From Tubulanus polymorphus (taxonomy: Eukaryota; Animalia; Nemertea), in assembly GCF_964204645.1 (NCBI RefSeq), contig NC_134025.1, forward strand, positions 4,712,001-4,776,000: DNA of 64,000 bases, in the 5' to 3' direction. A program made the position numbers and the translations under genes. This document shows, piece after piece, positions 13,626 to 25,736 of the stretch (its first letter is position 1; every line of letters begins with the position of its first letter). Under the pieces are notes generated by a model. The model ran no database searches. It worked only from the letters and a program-made list of their open reading frames with translations, and was not told the origin of the DNA.

Positions 13626-14947
13626 TAAATGTATGTAGGTATCAACTTTGATAGATAATTTGCGAATAGCACCCTGTTCCTGCTGCTTGTAGAATTTCTG
13701 GCATCTGTGTGACGGAACTTTTTGTGATGAAGTCATACGGTGAACTTTCTATCTAAACAATCGATAAAAGTGGTGCTGAAAATGCGGTGCAAGGAAGATA
13801 AATGACATTTCTCTTTCGTGATATAGAACGGCCACCAGCGAGTATAATCATGCGCTCTTCTGGTGGTTATACTGCAAAACCGGTTTTATATGTGCTTAAA
13901 ATGAGGACAAATAAGTGAATTGAATAGAATAACGAAAGTAACTAAGTAACTAAGTAAGAAAAACAACAATTTAAGTTCATGTTTTGAAAACATGGCGTTT
14001 ATTCAAGAATTCCTTAACGCTTGAAAAATAATAAAAAATATTGAACATAAAATATTGGTTTGAATATTTTGTTAGTGGTTTGCCGGATTTCGATCTTTGG
14101 ACGTGGACATCTTTCTTCTCTTTATCTGATAATTTATCATGATCAACTCTCAAACCGAGTTCAAGATTTCACGACTGGTCACTTGAGAGTTCAGTAGGCT
14201 ATAAACAATGGGCCTCGACCGGAGTTATCTCTTCTAAACTTTAAACTTCATTTTCAAGCTAATTCTTGAGATTCTCTTGACCCTTTTAAGCAGCAGGTCA
14301 TTCATCGTTTAGTCAAGAAAATTCACCTCTGCTGAACTTCGCAATACACATCAATTCAGTGGAATCATGATAAAATTCGAGACTTGTGGCGAATTAGATA
14401 ACGAACGTCATTCAGTACAAGTGTATATACACAAACATGTATAGAAACAGTCTGGACTTAAAAATCAATTTGGAAATGAACAGCTATTTCTTTTGATTTT
14501 GAGTAATCATCTCTTCAAGATTATTCAGTAGAGGGTCTAGTCGTGTTTGACCCTCTTAGATTATACCAACCGATCCAAGAAATTCTAAGATGAAATGACA
14601 TTTACCAGAAATAAAAAATTCATAGTTGATATTAGATTTATTTTTCAACGGCAATCACGAAAAAAGCGACTGTAAGACCTCGGCTTTCGGTATCGCACGT
14701 TCATTTTGTACGTTATTTTGTGACCTGATGAGTGAAACGAAACTATCAGAGCGAAACCTTTTTTTGCAATTAATCTGTAGTCCAACAAAGAACGAGGTCA
14801 ACTACGAGATCGTACTTGTCCGTTATCGAAATTGTCAATCTGTCAGCCCACGTCAATTCGTTCGAGTGCGTAGGCATTAGTCTATATACCAGTACACTAA
14901 TTGTTTATTTCTATATAATTTAGGAAAGCTTTCGGTCGGTCGGGAGA

Positions 14948-15891
<944 letters not shown>

Positions 15892-17168
15892 AAAAAGGCT
15901 GTTATATATTTTACATACGGGTATATAGATGGTGATCACAGATTAAGACATTTATATGAACTAAAAGTAATTTTCTTCCAAGCTTTTCAAATTCTTTAGT
16001 CTGGTAAATTCCAGAAGCGATAAAACTGATAAATCCTGCCCTTTATTTGGAAGGGCAATTTCGGTTAGCAAATTCTGTTCTTAACGTTGATATACAGATA
16101 TCATTTAAAAACATCGAAATATTTTTGCTTGCTTTTACGAAGATATCAATTTTTGAATGTATAACGATATACACTAATTCGCACCAGGTGTATATAACCT
16201 ATATATAGCCTATTTGATGTGCAATATGGATCTACATGTAAAACATTTGTAGCTTTTAAAGGTGATTCAACTATCGAATAATGATAATTTGACTGAATAA
16301 ATTACTTCTATGTACACAAATCTTATAATTATATGTATTTATTTCTGATTTGGATAATGCATTTTCCGTTGGGGATGGAGGCATTAATTCTGTTTTTTTC
16401 CATAGAAATATTGTGCCAGATTCTTGGAGAATCAGTTGGAATGATTACTCCACGGGCTGATGAGAATAGCAACGATTATCTTTCATCATTACATCGTAGG
16501 TTATGTGACAAAAGTATCGGGAAGGAGCCTAGGAAATAGCTTGCCGTTTTCTTGGAACATACAAAACCCTCAAAGATTCCAAAAAATGTCGGTGAAATCT
16601 AGCTTTCTGTAATTTAGAAGGTATTTGCGACGGAATATCCCTCGCGGCTGAATCAAGATGCCGCAATTTCCTGCGCTTTAACACATGTCTATACGATGTA
16701 TTCAAGCCGTTTTCTTGCCTAACCGACGTTTTCAAAATCTAAATGCACTCAGTTGGTGTGTAGAAGAATTTCCCTTCAGGTACTGGCATCTACGTTATTA
16801 TGAAGTGCATTCTATAATGAATTTCGTCTATAAAATGAACCTTGCCTCAACGGTCTGGTAAAAAGTAAATGTCGACATTAATCAAGAAACGTGATAAATA
16901 AGACCCTTTTCAAAAATAAAGCCTGGCACGCCACCCACCAACTTTTCTATCGACTAATGGACGTATGATATCCGCGCATAGCCTCTGCCTTGTCACCGAT
17001 ATATTTAGGACGGGTTTCCCCTATAGAAGCTAATATATCATAGCTGAACGTAACTCAAACTGCGATGGACGTAACACCAAATACCACAATAACACAAATA
17101 CACGAACAGTAGATAGATTACAACTCACAACATGAAATTATAGGTTGTTGAGTCAGTCGTTGATCAAT

Positions 17169-17206
17169 CATGGACTCTATAAAACGAATTCATTTTAGAG
17201 CCCATG
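17169..17206. mobile_element. 38-bp imperfect palindrome with CATGG...CCATG ends; putative P-superfamily transposon remnant or excision footprint
   Basis: catggactctataaaacgaattcattttagagcccatg. Flanks gatcaat/aattgat match 4/7, and two mismatches are explicable by CpG decay of an ancestral ratcgat. Confidence 0.4.
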
Positions 17207-17249
17207 AATTGATTTAATGAACCACTGAAGAGACGGCCATGTCATTTTG

Positions 17250-17289
17250 GTGAGACCAGGGAAGTGTGATCACACTTCCCTGGTGAGAC
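17250..17289. mobile_element. 26-bp perfect palindrome (CAGGG...CCCTG) between perfect 7-bp direct repeats GTGAGAC; putative P-superfamily excision footprint
   Basis: gtgagac-cagggaagtgtgatcacacttccctg-gtgagac, read directly from the sequence. Confidence 0.62.
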
Positions 17290-18866
17290 AGAGTTTCACA
17301 TAGCAGGTCACCGCGTAAGCGCTCCGTGCGTCAGGCGGGAAGTTCTCTTCTCTTCTATCATTACACGAAAGAACGAACGATGGACATATTTATTAACCGA
17401 ATTATGAAGAACATTTTTTACTTTGTACGAATTCCACGAGATGATCACGAATAAGTCAAGTCACGCACGAAATAACAAAAAAGGAAGACACAACGTGAAC
17501 AAATGGAAAACACCCATTTTCTATCCAATATATATGTGCATATCTATATATTCTGTTCATTTTATTTCTTTATGAAGCAATGAATAGTCGCCGAAGTGTA
17601 TTTGCCGCTACAAGTTGCAGTAGGTAATTCAGTATCTAACAAATTGTATGAAGTCGGTATGATTTGATATAGTACACTCGTCAACTAGTGATTCAGAACC
17701 ATCTGGATTCACACAAATCAATGACGCCGAATAGTAATTTTTCAATTTCCACCTGTCCCCACCATAACACAACACGGGTTTTATTGCGATTGCTCGCGTA
17801 ACATCGGAAATCCGAGAACCTAGGCCACGAGTAACTGAAGTAACTGAGTCTTATGGGGGTGATTATAATCTGAACACATCGAATCGAAGAGAAAATCAGT
17901 TTTTTCAAAATAATGACATTTAAGCCATTATAAAGTAATCTATCATTGACATCTCGATTATATCATACGAATACACGTAGATATCCGTCTATGACCGGAA
18001 GTAACGTATTTACAAGGATAAGATTCCGGTACCGCCCATAACTCGTCAACTATCATACTGGCGTCCATTCACTGACGGAGTAACTGAAAACGTCACGCAC
18101 GGTATGTGTCGAGCTCTTGCGCACATGTCCCACGAGTTTTACACCACAAATCGTCGACCGAGGAATAATGTTTGTTGGTGGCAGTCGCTCCGAGGGCAGC
18201 TGATGTGATGCAACAATTACTTTCAGAGCAACCGAACTGTACGTGTTTGTGGATGACTATCTCAGTAGCCAGCGCGGATTCATTTCATTTCACTGAGATC
18301 ACAACATAGTGAAGACATTATTCGTAGAACTCGGCATCAAAATAAAACGACATTTTACAATTATTTAGCAAGAAAGTTCATTGACAATTCGTGTGAACAT
18401 TTTATAACAATCAACACCGCATGAAGTGCGTGCATCGAAATCCATTTTCCTACCCGTATTTCAGATGAGCCTGCGGCAAAGTCATTAGGACCGACGTCTA
18501 CTGCCACAGTTTGAATGCCACTGGTTTGAATGTAAGAACTCACATGTTAGTTGTAAGTAGCCTGTTTTACATTTTTCTGATCTAAGGGAATCTTTCACGA
18601 TCGAAACGTTTGCAGGGAGGATTTTGTTTTCAAATGTCAAAGTTTAATATCATCCATTTCGGTTCTATTCATCCATATGTAATTTTCACCAGGTAGATGA
18701 TGATAATTAGCCCGATAAGAGACTCGGTACATGTATTATGCGATAAAGGTCTAATTTGGATTTCTAGTCATTGTGACATATGGAGGTATTACATGTATGA
18801 ATACTTTCAGTTTTAGTAAATTTTTCTCCGTCACCGAATGCTTGTCCAATCAGCCGATACATTAGA

Positions 18867-18964
18867 GTCCGACGCGGGTTCGAGCCTACGATCTTTGAAT
18901 ACACTTTTAGCCAGGTTAAACTTTTATTCAAGCCATCTGAATAGGCTATTTGTCCAAGCGGGGC
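18867..18964 (-). mobile_element. tRNA-derived SINE head or tRNA pseudogene (degenerate)
   Basis: Minus strand reads AGATCGTAGGCTCGAACCCGCG, resembling a tRNA variable-loop/T-arm/B-box segment. The T-stem and acceptor stem pair poorly and the A-box is weak. Confidence 0.3.
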
Positions 18965-20517
18965 AGTTGATGCGGTAACGAATCTTCTCTCAATATATGC
19001 GAAATTTCTTTGACGATGTACTGAATGTATACGATAGCAAGCGGGCCCGCCTCCCTGAAATATGAAACAAACATGATATGAAAAATAACACTTTTCAGTA
19101 TCCATTTACATAGATTTAACACTGTTAACCGCTGTAAATCTAGCCATGTGTACATTATATAGAATAATAAGCACCAATCCTCTTTTTAAATAATGTAAAA
19201 TACCTGTAATTGTAGCAGTTGACTGAATTATAACTGGTATTATTTTCTGAAATGAACAAATTAGTATTACATGAAATATTCGGCCTGCTGCTATACGTAG
19301 ATTTTGTCTCGTAAGCCACGTTTGTGGAATAATAATATTCATAATGTTCTTTGATCAAAGAATATCTAAAAAATCATATTACAAAAGAATTCGTAGAGAG
19401 AATTGCAAATCTTATCTATTGACTGTTATATTATTTGCAAGTGAAATAAGTTGACAACGGACTGTTTCGTTATATCAGAAGCACGAAAAAAGAATGGAAA
19501 TGTAAAAAACGAACAAATCAAATGGTTTAAATACCGATGCAATGGTTTCACGGGTCTAGGTGGTAATGGAAGATCATTGATTAATACTAGTTTTTTTTTG
19601 AAATTTCTGATTAATCTAGCTCACTCACTAATATGCATACAATATGCGAGTCGATCCTTAATCTCACCAAATGTTACTATTATATCGAATCGCGTGATAA
19701 TCACCGCTCAGCGCATTAATTAATTTGATTACGACATCGTAATACATCATAGAATGGCCGTAACAAAAAATCATTGTTGCAACTTCGTAGTGTTATACGT
19801 TAAACGGGGCACAATTATAGGTCTATTCATTAACCAAATCATACGCTGTGCTGTTGCTTATGAGACGTAACTTCATAACGTGTGTCGGTCAGGTCATGAA
19901 AGATTCATTTCTAATAGACCATAAAAGATGATATTTTTGGTTTATGTTGGTCAAATAAGATAAACGGATGACACTTTTTACGCGATGCAAATGAGACTGT
20001 ATACATTTCTATTCTGTCCACGCAGGCTTCAATAATAAAAAACAGATTATCACCTTTTAGTTTAATGAAGTAAACGCAGCAATTATAACCAACCTTAAGA
20101 TATTTTATAGCCCCATGAATGTTCGGCCCTACAATTTATCAACTAGAAGTTACGTTGTAATAAGGTTTGAGACAACGAAGCAGTGACGAAACATTTCTTG
20201 CCAACAGCATTGAACCCTATTTGCAAGGAACATACAGATACCGAATGTGACGGTATTCTTGAACTGCCAGAACCAGGATCTGATGCAGAGATTTGTTGAA
20301 TCGTTTATATGTCGTTTCTTTGGGTTAAAATCAAATATGTGCATGGATTTTGTAAAGAATATTGGCCATCCTCTGGCTAGAACATGGAACTGATAAATAG
20401 TACGATAATCACACTCAAACGTGGTGAACAGGTAATAAGATAAAAACCCACTATGTACAAATTAAAAGAATTCTAAAATCGAGAATTTACTTATTGAAAC
20501 AATCTAAAATATAAGAG

Positions 20518-20557
20518 CACGACGTTTCGATCTCACCCTAGAGACCATCGTCAGGTG
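20518..20557 (-). ncRNA. Minimal type I hammerhead ribozyme motif (Penelope-like element/retrozyme type)
   Basis: Minus strand: cac-CUGACGA-u-ggucuc(uagggu)gagauc-GAAACGUC-gug. Intact core, 6-bp stem II, palindromic ACGU stem III, GUC cleavage triplet, 3-bp proximal stem I. Confidence 0.72.
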
Positions 20558-23500
20558 TGAGATATAGACTACAAACAGTCTGGTAAATGTTTATTTGCAC
20601 TCAGATTGCGACGATGAAGTTAGATTGAATAACAAGCAGCATTAAGACGCCATCAAGTATATGTAATCATACTATTGCCACAGTTGTGACATATGGAAAG
20701 CTGAATTGAGGTATAAGATTTCGTAGGTTCACACGAAACGAATCTTAAGTACACGGTTTCACTTAAGCTCAGATATACATATTCGCAGCTGTCCGTCGTC
20801 TATCTGTCTGTAAGTGAAAAAGTGTAAGGGAAAAACGTCGAAAATAAGTTTAAGAAATATTTTGATATGTCTCCCCATCCTCGTTTCTTAAGAGATCGTA
20901 AACCCCAAGAATATTCTGTTCCTTGATGACATTTTCAATATCTCTCAAAATCATCATTTGATAAATATTCAACTGCGACTTAACTGGATTCCCATACAAA
21001 CAGAATTCCATTTTACGTTTATCTCTTGCAGATATTTCAAGCCAAATTTCAGCTTGAAGAAAATTCTCGAAGATTGTTGTAAACTTAAGATTGTGTTATT
21101 TGTGTTAAGTAGCTGTTTTTACCGAATGTCGAAATAGCAAATTAAAACCAAAGTATGTGTAGGGCATGATTCCATCGACGTAATTATCTGATAGTTTTCT
21201 TCAATTTTCTCTAATCTAATAATCAACAGGGGAAGAAGAGCCCCGTAGCGCTTCGATGTCATTCGACAAATGTAATTCGATTCTTTATTCGGCATCTACT
21301 GCGGTTGATGGTACGTTGTGTACCTCTCCGATGTTTGATATCCAGTGATGAAGCACAATTGGTTTTAACCGAGTTTAACGCGAAAGTCAATACCACCTCC
21401 TATAAGCTTCATCAACTCGAACATACCACGAATGTTTTGTCCATCGGTCGCGTTACCGTTCTTGACATTCCAGAAATTCTACGTTTAGAAAACCGATCCT
21501 ATATTGGATCTTTATTGAATGGTGTAAACTTGTCTTCACCGAGCAATCAAATCAAGAAACAGACAAACGATAGATGTACCAGATTTATTTTGTATTTGTT
21601 TTAACACATAATGATCAATAGCTTATGTTGATTTAGTATAAGCGGGAACAAAACAACAGCTGCTAAGCGCAAAAAAACGTAGTCGCACATGGTTTGAAAA
21701 TGAGATTTTTGATTATTAGGAAAATATCTATAACTGGCACCTGGAAGCTGCTTCTAGGGTGACATTACAGATGTCAAATCTCTTGATAGATTTGTGTAAT
21801 CTCACGGCTGTTAGTTAAATCAAAGTCAAAGGTTTTCCAAAATTAGCCCTATATATCTGACGCTTAACTGTAAACCATCGTGGGATCTTCAGGATTTGCC
21901 GGTAAAAATTCTTGCCGATCCTTCCATAATTTGATAATGCACCAAAGGTATACTGTCTACGCGCCACAATTGTAAATAGCTTCAGTATGGCGAACATTAG
22001 CATCTGCACAAATTTTTCGTTTGATGGTCATCCATTATTTAACAATTTGTCATTTGCAAGATCGATCTGCAGAAAGTCAAGAGGGAATAATCCATGTATG
22101 CATGCTATGTTTGCCGAGGTGGAGAGGGCACTCGTTCCCAAACTCGCCACGGGCATGTTATGATACATATGTAATCTGACCATAGAACAATCTGTACAAT
22201 CTGAAATCATTATTAAGCTGGATCCAGCCAAAAGTGTCTATCACCATGAAGTGAAATTGCTGGGCATTGCTAACATTAGATAAGAATGGAAGTGATTAAA
22301 TTTTGAAACGAATCTATTTGCGATGTCTCAAAACCTTTAAACTTATAGATATGTATAAATACATGCGCAACTTACTACGAACTAATCAAATAAACATGTA
22401 CATTGAATACGTTTCGATCAATTGAATCGATAAAGTAAGAATTCACGACCAGATTGCGGTGATAAGCCGATACTTGTTTTAGTCTGTAACTCATGATTAT
22501 CTTCGTGTGAAATCGAGCACTGGTTTTAGACATCCATCAATTTAAGCGTACTTTTCCACATTGAACTATTGGAAATTGTTTCCTTAAATGCTTGTATCTG
22601 GATTAATTACGATTGCATTTATCGAACGTTTGATTAATCGTGATATTTTCCGATCATTATTTTTTGCGACGAATAATTATGGATCGTTTGCTTACAGCGG
22701 GGATTCCTCATAAGCGGGGATTTGTCGCGTTTATTCTTTCGCGCTGCGAATGTATCAACGAACTGACAATTATAATCACGTCATAAAAGCTGCGCCGGTG
22801 ATGAGAAATATGAGCATCGTTGTGTGATGAGGCAAAATAGGAAATTGAACGAACACGGTACTCAACAGAATAACAAGTGAAATGTGTTTATTGGACGCTT
22901 AAAACGGATATTAATCACTGATAATCCACGATAATTAATCCATTCAGATGACAATCTATCATATATTGCCTAATTTATAAGCGACTGTGTTGACATTCAT
23001 GGCTGTTTATTGCTGACGGAAAATTCATTGAATTTCATCGACGAAACTTACGATACCGCATTCAGCTCGATAGCTAATCATTGCTCAAAATGGAACAAGT
23101 GCGCTCAGATTTTGTAGTTCTGAAAAAAACTTTTGAAATTTACAGACGTGTATATCACGCTGAGCGGAGCTGACAAATTTGATTTTCGGTAGATTATGAA
23201 ACTTGCTGAAAAGCATATTACTTCACGCAGCATTTCGCCGAAATAGGATTTACTTATCAACTTTCGAAACTCCTCAAAAATTATCTTTATTAGCAGTTGC
23301 TAATGGTCGTTGCCACGCGTAAAATCCGCCTTAAATCATTGCATCGAAAATTTGTCTGATTTGATATTACACTGTAATGTAGTCGGGTGAATTTGGGAAA
23401 GAGGACAGAGGACCAATAATGAAATTTGATAGTTAAATGAAAATATTGGGAATTATAAAATGAATTTTTTTCTCTGTGCTCTTAGCAAATGTTTTTATTG

Positions 23501-25403
23501 CTGGGAAAACTAAAGTAAACTAAACTAAACTAAACTACAAAACCGGATGAATATTTTGAAAGATACTTCTCGACAAAAGACAAAAGACATCGTTTATTGG
23601 ATAATTGGTTAATTTCAGGGATCGAATTTGCTACAGTGACTTTCTATTCGAAACCTGTGACGAATTTTTTTTTGCTGATTTTTCTCCGCGCTACATCATC
23701 GCATGTTAACGTCATTTCTCATTTGGATATTAAACTGGATGAAACGACACATCATCGCTATCAGATTTATAAAAAATAGCCTGAAAAACGTTAATTGCTC
23801 CACCCGTAATTCTAAATTACTGCTGATTACGTCGAGTGGATTTCATCGAATTCTTCGACGCAGAACATAACGTAGATTTTTTTCAATAAGACAAATTTCA
23901 CGGCGAGTTCGTAGATCGTAATGTCGTTTCGACTATAAATTTGAATTTTAATACGAGACGTTCAGAACGTGTTTTATAAACGATGTATGCCTCATCAAAC
24001 ATGCAAATTGGTTTGTCGTAAAATATTAATACAAGAGTCTGATTAGCAGTATGGATCGGTGAATTATCCAACAGGGAAGCGATTTGTGTCCCTCACGGCA
24101 GCTACAGTCTGTGATAGCTTCGTTAAAGCTATAAAACTCGAAACGTGTGACGATAACAGTTTACAGTTTACAGTTTATTTGACGATAACACAGTATGTTA
24201 GTTTGTTGATATCGATCGACGCTGTCGGAGACAAGATAAAACCAAGACCTCGACTCAAACCGTACCGTTTGTCATGTCGAGTTTTTAACTTTCTCGCATA
24301 GGTATACATCGATAACTGCGATTATTTCCAAAATAATTGTGGCTAAGGGCCACAGAATAAGAATCGTCATATTCTGATTTTTTTTTTCACTGACGGAAAT
24401 ACTTAGCTTTTCTCGCCCGTCGGGAGTGAATTCTTTTCCGGCGTTGAATTCGTTTCTTTTTGCGGAAGCTTTCGGCGGCGCCGTTATTAACGCAATTTAC
24501 CCTGCGAATTCAAACTCTTCGTGAAATACATTTTTGATTTAAAACCGTGTGGAATATTCAGTTCTTGAAAACGAGTTCAGTTTTATGTGGCTAAAATGAG
24601 AAAGAGCGGTAAATGGAAATACGTATAAACTGATAAAGTGATTACGTCAGTAATACTAATTTTCACAACCGAATCCGGTGCTAATTTCAACATCCGTTTG
24701 CGCCACTAAATCAACCCACGTAGACTGCTAGTGTATAGGCGATATCTTGCTTATTGACATACTCGATGAATCGATGCTGCTGAATCATTTTTCCGTTTGC
24801 ATTTTATAATGAGATCAGCGATATATAGCATCTTTGTAATAGAGAAAAACACATCTTTCATCGCCTGTATATACGAGTAATCGATGAAAGCAGGAGTCGG
24901 GGTCGCAGATAGAGAACGGCCTTATGAATGGTCATCTTTTTATTCCTTTAGGCTATTTAGCATCCGTGAGCGAGCTTGTTTTTTATCTGATTTCGTGAGG
25001 TGAAACGACGCGACTTGATTTGTTTGCCTATAATCGGTGAACCTATCTGTGGAAACAATTTATCTCTTTGACATGGCAATCTTTATTCGATCGTTAATGA
25101 TCTTATAACCAACTCTTTCGACCTCGAACGGTTCACACACGACCGGAATAACGAACGCCGAAGTGTCGCACTATTAACAGCCTTCCTTCATCAAAAATCT
25201 TGACGAACGATTGGTTTATGACTAGCGCTGCCATAGCTGAATGGATTTTTCAGGATTATTTCGCGCTGTTTACAGACGACGGTCGAAGGATGATTAACGA
25301 GAAACGATTGGTCAAGATATACGCACCGTTCCAAAACCACATCACGCGAATATGAATCTCGCAAAATCCTTTCCTAGGAGGCATATTGCAGATTGCTTTT
25401 ATC

Positions 25404-25736
25404 TAAGGGCGAATATAGGATTTCTTGTGGACCTGACAATTTGATCGGGCACTTAATCTAAAAATGGTGGCTATGCGAGCTCCGCAGGCGCGAAACATTG
25501 GTGAGGGGTCAGAGGAGAAAGAATTATTTTGGAATTTAGTACATAAAGGGATTTGCTGGTCTATTTCAGTGCCCTTTGGCCTTAATACAGCATTTTCATG
25601 AGATGTCTAAGTGCCCTCTATCTAGCTTTGGGCCAACCCTTTGAACCTTTTTTACACGCAGCTTTTGAAGTCACATTAGAATTTTGCAGAGGATGTACCG
25701 GACTATCTGCTCCACTCCCTGCTAATTCCGCCCTTG
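25404..25736. mobile_element. Degenerate ~330-bp MITE (non-autonomous DNA transposon)
   Basis: Imperfect terminal inverted repeats taagggcgaatatag ... ctaattccgcccttg with flanks tttatc/tttata. The 12-mer gggcggaattag recurs at ~59522 in a MAM-gene intron. Confidence 0.42.

Noticed and set aside
14705-14750. ctgatgagtgaaacgaaac, a hammerhead-core-like string
   Set aside because: Stem II is only 2 bp, no correctly placed NUH triplet is present, and stem III does not form.
22090-22285. Protein-like plus-strand frame (MHAMFAEVERALVPKLATGML*YICNL...) with one internal TGA
   Set aside because: No family recognised and no SECIS or splice context identified. It cannot be supported as a pseudogene or selenoprotein without a search.
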